64,000 nucleotides of DNA from the human T2T-CHM13v2.0 reference genome, Homo sapiens. The position numbers and the translations under genes were made by a program. Shown piece after piece: positions 1 to 12,750 of the stretch. Location: NCBI RefSeq assembly GCF_009914755.1, contig NC_060937.1. One strand, written 5' to 3'. The notes below the pieces were generated by a model. That model saw only the letters and a list, made by a program, of their open reading frames with translations, did not search any database and was not told the origin of the DNA. Within the stretch, counting starts at the first letter, position 1; every line of letters starts with the position of its first letter.

Positions 1-271
<271 letters not shown>

Positions 272-306
272 TCATTGATACATAAGAGTATCAATGTGTA
301 AAAGTC

Positions 307-600
307 TTTTTTTTTTTTGAGATGAAGTCTCACTCTGTTTTCCAGTCTGGAGTGAAGTGGCACAATTTCGACTCACTGCAACCTCTGCCTCTCAAGTTCA
401 AGTGATTCTCCTGCCCCAGCCTCGCAAGTAGCTGGGATTACAAATGCCTGCCACCATGCCTGGCTAATTTTTGTATTTTTAGTACAGATGGGGTTTCACC
501 ATGTTGGCCAGGCTGGTCTCCAACTCCTGGTCTCAGATGATCCTCCTGCCTTGACCTCTCAAAGTGCTCGGATTACAGGCATGAGCCACAGTGCCCCACC
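307..600 (-). mobile_element. Alu SINE (AluS-like)
   Basis: poly-T followed by an antisense Alu body; TAAAAGTCTTT on both flanks (about 299-309 and 606-616) as target-site duplication (TSD). Confidence 0.95.
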
Positions 601-1019
601 ACATATAAAAGTCTTTGTCTCACTAGTTTCAAGCCCCAAGTTCTTTCCATATACTTTTCCTGTCTATAAAGAGATTTTTCTATTTTTCCTCTCATATACC
701 ATTGTCACCCTCCTACCCAGGTTTTTCATATGATGAAATATCATTTCTTGAGCGAAGTCATTACCCCCAAGCTTAGACTGGGTACCTTTATTTTATGGCC
801 TCCCTGCACATTACACAGTTCCTTCATTGAACGTAGCACAACTTAAATTAAATAATGATTAGTATAATTATTGTTGGATATTTTATTAGCAGACCATAAG
901 GTTAACAAGCGCAGCTCTTCGTTCTGTCCATTACTGCATACCTGCTGTCTAGCATATAGAAGTTCCCCAAAGATTATTACATGAATTTGCAATTCCTTTC
1001 CTCTCAGACATGCTAAAAG

Positions 1020-1550
1020 TAATCTGTTGCTGCCTAACAAGTTGCATACATAAACATAGTGGTTTAAGACAACAAATATTTATTATCTCATGATTTCTGT
1101 GGGTCAGGAATTCAGACACAACACTGACCTCTGGCACAGAGTCCCTCACAAGGCTATGATCACAGTATTTAACAGGATTGCAGTCATCTTCCATCTTAAC
1201 AGTAAGAAGGTCTATTCCATGAGTTAATTTACATGATTATTAGTATACAGGTTGTCCTGGGCTGAAGTCCCCAGCTCCTTGCTGGCTGTTGGCTGGAAGC
1301 TGACGTTCCATCTTTGGCACATGCGCTCCTTCCTCTGTAAGACACCTCTCACTGCTGCTATTTGCTTTACTAGTACAAGCAAGCGAGAAGAGCCTAACTG
1401 CCTAGAGCAGTCAACAAGTCAGTCTTTTATGACCCTGTCTAGACGTTACATCCCACCACTTTCACATTCTTTTTTTGGGTAGAAGCAAGTACCTAGGATG
1501 AACTCACACTCAAGAGGAGAAAATTATACAATGACGTGAATTCCAGGAGG
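1020..1550 (-). mobile_element. MLT1-family MaLR LTR (old)
   Basis: AGTGGTTTAAGACAACAAATATTTATTATCTCATGATTTCTGTGGGTCAGGAATTCAG and TTGGGTAGAAGCAAGT...CACACTCAAGAGGAG resemble the antisense MLT1 consensus. Confidence 0.7.
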
Positions 1551-1649
1551 GAAACATGTTTTTACCCTGGGTCATTTTGGCTTATGAGAATTATCTCCTG
1601 AACACACTTTACTCTCCAGTCAGCATTTCTTTTAAAATCTTTTAAAATT

Positions 1650-1968
1650 CTTTCTTTTCTTTCTTTTTTTTTTTTTGGAGGTGGAATGTATCTCTCTCAC
1701 CCAGGCTGTGTTGCAGTGGAGTGATCTGGGCTTACTGCAATCTGCAATATCCACCTCCCAGGTTCAAGCGATTCTCCTACCTCAACCTCCTGAGTAGTTG
1801 GGATTACAGGCACCCACCACCATGCACCCCCAGCTATTTTGTATTTTTAGTAGAGCCAGAGTTTCACCATGTTGGCCAGGCTGGTCTCTACCTCCTGACC
1901 TCAGGTGATCTGCCCCCCTCAGACTCCCAAAGTGCTGGGATTACAGGCATAAGCCACTGCACCCAGCC
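1650..1968 (-). mobile_element. Alu SINE (AluS-like)
   Basis: T-rich tail, antisense body ending AGCCACTGCACCCAGCC; flanks TCTTTTAAAATTCTT / TCTTTTAAAGTTCTT look like a TSD. Confidence 0.95.
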
Positions 1969-2059
1969 TCTTTTAAAGTTCTTATTGCTCACTTCATACC
2001 AAAATTACTACATACCTATAATCTGTCATACTAATATCTAAACTTCCTCAAAGTAGTAC

Positions 2060-2142
2060 TTGATTGTCACAGAAACTAGCCCAGTTCCTTAAACATAGAA
2101 GGAACTCAGCAATTATTTCTCTGATGAATGAATGAATAAATG
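2060..2142 (+). mobile_element. L2 LINE 3' end fragment
   Basis: ACATAGAAGGAACTCAGCAATTATTT...TGAATGAATGAATAAATGA is a typical L2 terminus. Confidence 0.55.
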
Positions 2143-3479
2143 AGATTATAAAAATAATTTTTCATCTTTTTAAAAAAACATGAACATAGAAATTATTTTC
2201 TCCTCAATTTTAAAGTTTCAAAGACATTTATTTCTAAACATAAAGATTATGATGTTGTTATGACCTCTTGCATCCAATTACATGTATTCGCTGCATATAT
2301 GCCAGTCACTTTTTTACATATTCCAAAGATTTTGCAGGGAGGGAAATATGTTTCATCCTAGGATAAGATTCAGATTTCAATGCTTTTGTAAAAACATACA
2401 TAGTTTGTTTTTCAAACTACTTATCCAAATCCCTCATGGAATAATATTTCTTGGGTTGAAGATTTGTTTATAATGCTGAAAATCATGTCAGTAAACTACA
2501 CTCTCAGGTTGAGCAACAGGGAGCCATATCTTTGAGGCCATGAAGTTTACTTGATAACTATTTTTTAAAAATTTAATCAGTCTTACAAATTCTCTGATCC
2601 ATTCCTCGAAGGGGAAAAAATGCTCAAATTTTGCAAAACAGTTGCCAATTTTTAAAAGACTAGATGAGCCTTAATGAAGGAAACAGTGGGGAAGGAAGTA
2701 CAACTGCCACCTCGAGGAGACAGATGTGGAGACATCCTCAGTCGTTTCTGCTCATGTCTTTTGAGAACAAATACATTAGCTGGTGATGAAGATATGCCTT
2801 AGCCTACAGAACACAAATACTGGCAGATCATTTTTTTAAACACATTGGAAGATGTGCTAAAGAAAGAATCAAAGTATAATAGTTGGCATGCTATTCGTTG
2901 ACTTAAAGCAAAATACACACATATTAAATTGTATTGCCTTCAGTGATAGTTTCTATATTAGAAAATAAATAATGCCATAGAAATAGGATTCTAAAAAAAT
3001 TTTATACCTTTCATAGCTGTTACTTGCTTGTTTGGTGAACAAGAAAAGGATAATTATGAACACAATACCTCACAATCATATATATATATAAATAATGTTG
3101 TTTTAAGAAGATTTTATAAATTCTAATGGTGCTCAAATATCAGAAATATATAAAACCCTTACTGGGTTATATTCAAAAATCATTTATTTAAATACATTTT
3201 AAATGAGTAGCTATTATGTTATAGGTTATGGTACACATGAGTCTGTGTACTGGCAACTAGTCTCACTGCTGGTAGTCATCTTTCCCTTTAATATGCCCTC
3301 TAATATAGCAACAAATATTTTTAATGCTTTGTACCTCAAATGCAGAACATATTAATATATAATTAATTAATTCTCAGTCTATCACCTCATGGTATTATGC
3401 ACCCCTCCCTTTTTTCTTTTTCTATCTTCTCTCTTTTCTCCTTATTTTTTCCTTGTATCAGTATTTCACTCTCATTTCA

Positions 3480-3810
3480 CTCCACTTTTGAAGAAACATG
3501 ATGTATTCTATGTGTGTATATTGTACTTATAAAACATACAATTGCATTTTGTGGTCATATTTTAAAATTTAGATAGATACTATTGTGTTAAAATTCATTG
3601 GTTTCTTTTATTTTTATAATCCACAATATTTCTGGTGATCAATTTCCATTATTGATTATATATTTGTTTCAATGTTTCTAATAGCTCTATAGCACTCCTT
3701 AGCGTGCATCCACCCCATTTTACATGTCTGTCCCCAGTGATAACTTACCTGAAACTTTCTGCTACTTGAAAGTTGCAAATAATATGTTCATATATGTTTT
3801 CTTACGTTAT
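3480..3810 (-). mobile_element. Old L1M fragment
   Basis: T-rich degenerate antisense L1 3'-region-like sequence. Confidence 0.4.
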
Positions 3811-4461
3811 CTTGTGTTAAATATACATTGACATCTTTTATGTTGAGGATGTTAATGTGTCTGTAATCAGGTGTGATACAAAGTAGGGATATTTTCATTC
3901 TTCTTCCTCTGCCACCCTCTCTCCTCCCTGCTGGCCATCCTTGGTACTAAATGTAGTTATTCCAGAGGTGTGTAGTCTAAGGCTTCTATAATGGTTCATT
4001 ATGTACCCAGCAGCCCTGGTTTCCAGCCTTTTCCATTATCAGAATCAGGGTTTCTATCTTCCAGATCATCTCATGTTCCACAACTAGCACTGAAGCTCCA
4101 GCTATCCCCTCCAAGGTGCTTTCCCAAAAAAGAAAAATAAAAAAAAGAGAAAGTTCAATCCTTCTAGCTGACTCAGTTGTGTATATATGTATGTGTGTGT
4201 GCTTCTTCTTTTAAGTCTATAGTTACATATCAGTGTAAGAAAAACTGGAAACTATATACCTTCTATTCTGGTGTTTCATAGGCCAAACTAAAAATAGGGT
4301 TACTCTTACTAAAGGAGACAGAGACAATATGTCTTAGTTTAGGCTACTTGCCACCTCTGCCAAAATTACGCTTTCAAACTTCTGTCATCCACAAAACTGA
4401 AAATTTTACTTCATTTTGATCTTTCATTAAGTATACATTGAAGATATAAACATCATATATA

Positions 4462-4510
4462 CAACAGGGTCCATAAAGTCTGGAAACATAGACAAAATAT
4501 TTAAAATGTT
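4462..4510. mobile_element. Possible Tc/mariner DNA transposon terminal fragment
   Basis: ACAGGGTCCATAAAGTCTGGAAACATAG resembles CAGGGTGTCC-type terminal inverted repeats; no second end found. Confidence 0.3.
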
Positions 4511-4619
4511 GCCAAGGACATCTTTGAATTTTTTTTAAAAAATGGAATATAATAACTTTTCTAGATTTTTCTAACCACTGGTCCAAATGTTTATCTAGCT
4601 GACATCTAAAACAATGTTA

Positions 4620-4760
4620 TTTAACAGAATTTTCTGCTATTGTCCAATATGGTAGTCATAGTTACATATGGCTATTGAATACTTGAAATATAGCTAGTGT
4701 GCCCAAGGAACTAAATTGTTTGTTTATTTAATTTCAATTTTATTAGCCACATATGGGAAA
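4620..4760 (+). mobile_element. MER3 (hAT-Charlie) DNA transposon
   Basis: TGTCCAATATGGTAGTCATAGTTACATATGGCTATTGAATACTTGAAATATAGCTAGTG...TAGCCACATATGG matches MER3. Confidence 0.8.
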
Positions 4761-5109
4761 TTTACAAGTTTATTGAATAATACAGATGTAAATAATTTTC
4801 TAATTATAAAGTTTTCATCACTCCTGCTGCCATTAATATAATTCTATACAACTTAGTACTGTGGTAGCTTCTCGCCATAGCTTCTCCTTTTTGTGCTACA
4901 GCAAACCACTCTCCAATAAGCACACAAATATGTCATTCAGAAGTTCAAAGATGCTTCACATTCATATAGTTGTGTATATTATTACATATTACATTATATA
5001 CTTATATAATAATATACTATATGTTTAAAAGTAATAATATTTGTATTATTACTTAGCAGAAAATGAATTTTCTAATTTCTCCCATATTAGCTTTCATTTT
5101 CATATACCT

Positions 5110-5660
5110 CATGGTAAATTTGCTTTAAGTTCTTTGAGAAATCTAATTCTATTACTAGGTATATACCCAAAGAAAAATAAATAGTTCTACCAGAAAGACA
5201 AATTCACTTGTATGTTCATTGCAGTATTATTCACAATAATAAAGACATGGAATCAACCTAGGTGCCCATCGACAGTGAATTGGATAAAGAAAATAACTGT
5301 AGAATACTACACAGCCATAAAAAAGAATAAAATTATGTCCTTTGCGGCAACATGCATGCAGCTGGAAGCCATTATCTTAAGCTAATTAATGCAGGAACAG
5401 AAAACCAAATACTATATGTTCTCACGTATGACCGGAAGTTAAACATTGGGTACTCGTGGACATAAAGATGGCAACAATAGATACTGGTGTCTTCTAGAGT
5501 AGGGAGGGGGGTTAGGGGGAAGGGACTGAAAAACTATTGGGTAATATGCTCAGTACCTGGGTGATGGGATCACCTGTACCCAAACCTCAACATTATGCAA
5601 TATATCCAGGTAATAAAACTGCACATGTACCCCTGAATCTAAAATAAAATTTGTAAAAAA
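5110..5660 (+). mobile_element. 5'-truncated L1 (older L1PA/L1PB) 3' end with a short 5' inversion
   Basis: GGTATATACCCAAAG...ATGGAATCAACCTAGGTGCCCATC...GCACATGTACCCCTGAATCTAAAATAAAA; 5110-5143 is the reverse complement of the adjacent upstream L1 sequence. Confidence 0.92.
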
Positions 5661-5838
5661 ATCTCTCATGGGAATTCCTTCCTGCAAACAACTAGTGTTA
5701 GAATTTATTATTTTTCTTAATGACTATCTGTCATTTCATGGTGTGATGGGCCACCATACAGTCAAGCATCAAAACACTGATGAACGTTCACCTTGCTTTC
5801 AGTTTTCTGCTCATACAAACAATTCTGAAATACAAATC

Positions 5839-8003
5839 TGATATGGTTTGGCTAGGTGTCCCCACCCAAATTGCATCTTGAATTGTACTCCCATAATTCT
5901 TACGTGTTGCGGGAGGGACCCAGTGGGAGATTATTTGAATCATGCTGTGGGTTCAATAGGAAGTGCCATTTGCCTCCTGCTATGATTCTGAGGCCTCCCT
6001 AGCCATGTGGAACTGTAAGACCAATTAAACCTCTCTTTCTTCCCAGTCTTGGGTATGTCTTATCAGCAATGTGAAAACAAACTAACACAGTAAATTGGCG
6101 CCGAGAGTGGGGTGATGATGAAAAGATGCCTGAAAATGTGGAAGCTACTTTGGAACTGGGTAACACGCAGAGATTGAAGCGGTTTGGAGGGCTCAGAAGA
6201 AGACAGGAAAATGTGGGAAACTTTGGAACCTCCTAGAGACTTGTTGAATGGCTTTGAAATGCTGATAGTGATATGAACAATAAGGTCCAGGCTGAGGTGG
6301 TCTCAGATGGAGATGAGAAACGTGTTGGGAACTGGAACAAAGGTGACTCTTTTTACGTTTTAGCAAAGAGACTGACTGCATTTTGCCCCTGCCTTAGAGA
6401 TTTGTGTAACTTTGAACCTGAGAGAGATGATTTAGGGTATCTGGGGAAAGAAATTTCTAAGCAGCAAAGCATTCAAAATGTGACTTAGGTGCTGTTAAAA
6501 GCATTTCATTTTAAAAGGGAAATAGAGCATAAAAATTCAGAAAATTTGTAGCCAGACAATCAGTAGAAAAGAAAAACCCATTTTTTGAGGAGAAAATCAA
6601 GATGGCTGCAAAAATTTACATAAGTAACAAGGAGCTGACAGTTAATCCCCAAGATCATGGTGAAAATGTCTCCAGGCCATGTCGGAGAACTTCCCAGCAG
6701 CCCCTCCCGTCACAGACCCAAAAGCCTAGGAGGAAAAAAATGGTTTCATGGGCCGGGCCCAGGGTCTCCATGCTGTGTGCAGCCTAGGGACTTGGTGCCC
6801 TGCCTCCCAACTGCTCCAGCCGTTGCTAAAAGGGGCCAAGGTACAGCTCGGACCATAGTTTCAGAGGCTGTAAGCCCCAAACCTTGGCAGCTTCCACGTG
6901 GTGTTGAGCCTGTGGGTGCCCAGAAGTCAACAATTGAGCGTTGGGAACTTCCACCTAGATTCAGAAGATATATGGAAATACCTGGATGCCCAGCGCAAAA
7001 GTTTGCTGCAGGGGCAGGGATCTCATGGAGAACCTCTGCTAGGGCAGTGTGGAAGGAAAATGTGGGGTCGGAACCCCCATACGGAGTCCCTACTGGGGTA
7101 CCACCTAGTGGAGCTGTGAGAAGAGGGCCACTGTCCTCCAGACCCCAGAATGGTAGATCCACCGACAGCTTGCACAGTGTGCCTGGAAAAGTCACAGACA
7201 CTCAGCACCAGCCTGTGAAAGCAGCAAGGAGGGGGGCTATACCCTGCAAAGCCACAGGGGCTATGGGAACCTACCTCTTGCATCAGTGTGACCTGGATGT
7301 GAGACATGGAGTCAAAGGAGATCATTTTGGAATTTTAGAATTTGACTGCCCTGCTGGATTTCCAACTTGCATGGGCCCTGTAACCCCTTTGTTTTGGTCA
7401 ATTTCTTCAATTCAGAATTGCTGTATTTACACAATACTTGTATCCTGATTGTATCTAGGTAGTAACTAGCTTGCTTTTGATTTTACAGGCTCGTAGGCAG
7501 AAGGGATTTGCCTTGTCTCACATGAGACTTTAAACTGTGGAGTTTTGGGTTAATACTGAAACGAGTTAAGATTTTGGGGGACTTTGGGAAGGCATGATTT
7601 TTTTTGAAATGTGAGGACATGAGGTTTGGAGGGGCCAGGGGTGAAATGATACGGTTTGGCTCGGTGTTCCCACCCAAATCTCATCTTGAATTGTACTCCC
7701 ATAAATCCCACATGTTGTGGGAGGGACCCAATCAGAGATAGTTTGAATCTTGGGAGCGGTTTCCCCCATACTGTTTTCATGATAGTGAGTAAGTCTCATG
7801 AGATCTGATGGTTTTATCAGGGGTTACCGCTTTTGCATCTTGCTCATTTTTTCTCTTGCTACTGCCATGTAAGAAGTGCCTTTCGCCTTCCACCATGATC
7901 CTGAGGCCTCCCCAGCCATATGGAACTGTAAGTCCAATTAAACCACTTTTTTTTCCCAGTCTCGGGTATGTCTTTATTAGCAGTGTGAAAACGGACTAAT
8001 ACA
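5839..8003 (+). mobile_element. THE1A MaLR provirus: 5' LTR 5839-6089 (internally deleted), internal region 6090-7646, 3' LTR 7647-8003
   Basis: Both LTRs start TGATAYGGTTTGGCT and end CTAAYACA; THE1A-type GAATTGTACTCCC and GTAAGTCCAATTAAACC; flanking 5-mers AAATC / ACATC (TSD, 4 of 5 match). Confidence 0.93.
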
Positions 8004-8009
8004 ACATCC

Positions 8010-11000
8010 TTATCCAAATGTCTTTGCATATAAGATTAGTTCTGTGTGCAATATTCCTAGTTGTGAATTTTTGGAGGTGCAGGGTAACTGTTGTTTTTTT
8101 TTAATAGATTTCATCAGATTGCTTTTCAGAAAGGCTACACGTATACATTTCTACTGCCAAAGTATGAAAGTATAATACTTTTCTATATATTTTCAAGGAG
8201 TGAGTGTTATTGCTAGCTTTTGTTGTTGTTGCTGGTCTGAAGCTGAAAATAAGTAACTTATTTGTATTTTAATGTTAATTTCTCTGACAAATAGTGAGTT
8301 TTAACATTTGCTGTATAATAATTATTTATATTTTGTTTTGCTCTTCTGTGGATTTATGAATTTCCTTTCACCATTTTTGTTTTATCTTTTATTTATTTTT
8401 CATTTACAATATTTTACTGTTTATTGTAAGTAACAATACTTTGTCACTTTCGCTGCAATGAATTTACTTTCCAATTTATGATGCATCTATTCATTTTGTT
8501 TATAATGTCCTTTGTCATTTTTTTAATTACATAAGAATAAATAGGTTTCGTTTTTTATACTTTTATACCATCTTGGTTATGTTCTTGTCCACTGTGCTTA
8601 TTAGTATATTTGACTGTAGTTTCTTCTATAATTTTAAGTTTTCAACCTTCAAAAATTTATATATGTAGTATAATTGCATTTTATTTTGGTTTAAAATGTA
8701 AGATACAGTGCAAGGTTTATTTGCTTCTAGAATTATAAATAATTATGGCAGCACCAACTTTACTAAATCACTTTTTTACTAAATTGAAATACATTTTTGT
8801 TGTATGTTAAATTCTCATATTAATTTGGTCCTATTACTGCTTTCTCTGCATTTTGTCTCATATATAAATCTACTTATTTGTTTCTACACATCTCACTTTT
8901 CCTTTTCCATAAAATCTTAGTTATTTCATTTGAGTTTAAGTTTATAATATTTAATTTTCACCATCACCATCCCAAAATGCCAATCCTGTCAGAATGTTAG
9001 TTGAAATAAACTTAAATATATAGTTGGAGTTTAGAGAATTTCTGTTTTATGGCACTAAGATTTTATTCATAAATATGTTCTATATCACTATTTGGTCTTA
9101 CCTTAATATATGGCTTTCAGTTACCACAATTTTATGTGTGTATGACCTATGTTGCTATGTTAATTATTTACAAAGTAGTTTACATTTTTCGTTGCTATTA
9201 TGTTTAGAATAATTTTTACATTTCAATCTTAAGTGTTTAGTGCTTATGAGAACAGCTTAATGTTTTAGTATTACCTCATATTCAGTCACTGTAGTGAATT
9301 CTAGAAGATTCCTTAATCCCCCAGAGTATTTTAGGCTTCTTCAAACTACAGTATGTTCTCACCAGGAAAGGAATGCCTTTTTTTCCTCTAACATTTTATT
9401 TAGTAATACAACATATTTATGACTATCATATATTTAAATCTCATATATTTATATTTTTACTTTATGATGCAAACATTTTATTTTGTTTTTCATTCTATTT
9501 GCTACAAAAATAATGATGACAATAGCAAACAAATTCTGATCAAGTTCCTGGTATTCATTAAGATGAATTTACTATTTTATACTTTTAAATGATGTTTACA
9601 GACCTATGAATTTATTTTCCATCATTATTTTATTTTGGAATAACATGCATGTATATTAAAGAAATAAGGTAACTTCACAGCTATTTCCCTATTTGTAATA
9701 CTATATTCTTTAAATTTCACATAGAACTCAGTGGCAAAATATTGTTATTCTAGCATATTTCTTGATTTCAAATGAAATTTTCAATTTTTTCTATTTTATT
9801 TTTATTATTTATGTATAATGGTATTTTTAGTTTATTAGTAAATTATTCAGTTACTTTAGATTTAAAATTTTTTAATATAGTGTTGCATTTTTATTCTAAT
9901 TTTTATCTGTGATCATATTTGTTTTAATTTCCCTTAACAATTTATTTTCATTCTCTTTCTTGCTTCTTCAGTCTCACAAAGCCTTTAAATGACATTTTCA
10001 TACTTAGAAAAAGACTGGTTATATTTATCTTTGCTCTTTTCCTATTTATTCAATTTTAGCTCTTATCTTTGTGAATTTCCACTTTCTACTTGTAAAATAA
10101 CACGAAGTATTTTTTAGCTACTTCACTATTTTCTTTAACTTGATAAGAAAGATAATGTCTTCACATTTTTCTCTATCATTTAGCTAATCATAGATTCTTT
10201 GTATAAAATACAGGTTAATTGTTTTCTAAATAATTTGTAACATCACTTTGCATGTTTCTTGCTTCAATCCAGAAATGTAATTGGGAAATTCTTTATTATT
10301 TGTTTTAAATTTTATTAGGTTAAAATCACACATTTGGCCTTTAAAATACTTATGGTTCAAAAAATTTAGCATGTCTTATAGATAGATAATTATACATAGA
10401 AATACATGTAAAAATGGAGGTATATATGTATATGCATACATATGTATATTCTGGGATTTTTAAATTACATTGTTAATTTTTTTTGTAGTAATCCTCCTGA
10501 ATTCACTGGTTATAGTAAATGTTCCATTATAATAATCTCTTCTATTCGTTAAAAAAAGCAAATTTTAATAACAAGTATTACAAGCCCTGTTCAGGTATTC
10601 TGGAGCATCAATAAATGCATAAAATATTGAAACAGATCTCTCCCTGCCTTTCTAATAGTTTTTGCTTCATTGACTGTGTTCTTTGCTCCAGACAGAATTA
10701 GGACTGTCACATATTCATAAATTGTGCCTTGTATTATTATATAATGTGTCCCTTTAATGACTTAGGTTCTTTAAATATTAAATTCTATGTGGTCTCATAC
10801 TTAAGTCTTACTTATGTTTAGTTTGCATTTTCTTTATATATCTGTGTCTTTATTTGTACCTTTCTTTATCATGTTGTTTCATATGTTTCTTTTAATAAAA
10901 ATATATCTATATTTTGTTTGACTTTTACATGTTTTCAGTGAAGAATGTTGTATATAAAGTAGTATATGCAATGCATGCATACACTTTCAACAATATAACA

Positions 11001-11650
11001 GGCACTCAACTTGAGAGGTAGAATATCACTTAGCAAATCTATGTTCCCCATTGACCTGTCCCCGATGGTCTTTATCTCCCTCCCTTCCCCCAAAGAGAAT
11101 CTTTTTCACTGATTTCATCATCCTTCAGTTTCATTAACTTTTGAAAGCAGTTCATATGTGTATCACCAATAATAAATTGTTTATATATTATTGATTTATT
11201 TATACAAACGTCCTTACAATTTTTATATTCTTTTATGCCTTTAAATTATTGTGATGCTTCATGTTTTTAAGGTTTATCCTTGTGGATATGCCTGCTATGT
11301 AAGACAAATCATTCATATTTTCTGCTGTTGTTGGAATCTTTTTTGCAGTATTCGGCTATTACAAACAGTTTAGTGCAAGTCTCCTGGCAAAGAAATTAAA
11401 GAGATTCTACTTGGAATGGAATTGTTGAGGAATAAGTTACAAATATTTAATATTACTCTATAACAAAATAACATTCAAAATTGTTAAACAGATTTAAACT
11501 TCTACCAGGAGTGTGTAAGAATATTTTATTGCCAGGTATTTAAAACATTAATTTTTGTGAATATAAAACATCTTTTTTTATGGTTCTCAATACGTTGGAA
11601 TTTGTTATGATTTGATTTATTGTCTAATAGATTTAAAAACTCTTGTTTAT
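8010..11650 (-). mobile_element. Long decayed L1M(E) tract, probably several fragments and continuous with 5700-5838 across the THE1A
   Basis: very T-rich + strand with degenerate antisense L1 motifs, e.g. TCAGATTGCTTTTCAGAAAGG and GGAATGGAATTGTTGAG. Confidence 0.6.
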
Positions 11651-11699
11651 ATTCCATGTATGCTTGGAAAGAGTGTATATTCTTTCCTTCCTCCTGAGT

Positions 11700-11990
11700 G
11701 TGTAATCTCTCTTTCTTCCTTAGTAGGAACCCCGTATTTTAGTTGAACTCACTGCAAGCTGGAATAATAGGTACACTTTCTTGTGTTCCTTGAGCTCATG
11801 CATAACTATAGATTTAAAGAAAATAAAAACAGACAAAAATAGCTAAGCGCTACTGGTGGCACAATGGAGTCACTATGGCATTCTTGGACTATGAACCTCT
11901 TAATGTTTTCCACATGAAAAAGAAATAAACTTTTATTTGGTTTAAACTGCAATCATCATTTTTTCCTGTCATATGCAGCTACTAATAGAA
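11700..11990 (+). mobile_element. Old MLT1-like LTR fragment
   Basis: AGAAATAAACTTTTATTTGGTTTAAACTGC...TGTCATATGCAGCTACTAAT resembles a MaLR LTR 3' end. Confidence 0.45.
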
Positions 11991-12179
11991 TTATAGATAT
12001 TAAATATGAAATTAAAATGTTTAAATAAAATTCATTTTGCTTTTAATTTGAATGAAAGGATAAAACAGATAGCTCATAGTTGATATAAGCAAACTTAAAT
12101 GTACTCCAGTAGGTATAGAAAGCCAAAAGCAAACTGCATAATTACAGGAAAGGGATATATCTGTTAAGCAATTTAGGGT

Positions 12180-12750
12180 TATAGACAACAGTTCAGTAGT
12201 GTACGGTTTATTTCAACATCTGTTTGGGTTGCATTAATGAAAGTTTCATGTCAAGAGTGTTGTCAAATGAAGTAATAATTTGCCTTTACTCTGGTAATCA
12301 GTCACCACCTAGTGCATAATATGTAGCTTCAAGCTCCACATTTCAATAGGAATATGAACACATTATAGAATGTTCAGAGGATATCTGCCAGAAATGCACA
12401 GGGATTCGAATGATATCTCTCTTGGGATATTAGAAGATTATTAATGGTAAGGGAGCATTAATGAGTGATTTAGGCTCACTGTATTAGGCACTAATGGTTT
12501 AGAATTAAAACCAGTTGTTAATAATTTAGAATATATTAGTTTGAATTTAACATAAAGAGGGACTATGCAATAGTTAGGACTAAACAGAGATAAAATTAAT
12601 TTCCACAGGACATAATGTGTTTCCTGTTCACTGGTGGTGACTTAGGCCAGATAACCACATGGTGGAGATGTTGTAGAGGGAATTCAAACATTAGATGCCT
12701 TGTTGGAATATGGGACATTTAAGGTTACTTCCAAATTCTAGAATCTATGA
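12180..12750 (+). mobile_element. L3/CR1 LINE fragment
   Basis: TTGGGTTGCATTAAT...CTTTACTCTGGTAATCAGTCACCACCTAG...CCACATTTCAATAGGAATATGAAC...AGAATGTTCAGAGG resembles the CR1 RT 3' region; ends TTCCAAATTCTAGAATCTATGA. Confidence 0.65.

Noticed and set aside
5928-5945. DUX4 site in the THE1 LTRs
   Set aside because: The LTRs read TATTTGAATCA (5'), AGTTTGAATCT (3') and TAATTTGATCA (THE1D), none a clean match to the canonical TAATTGAATCA, so activation cannot be claimed
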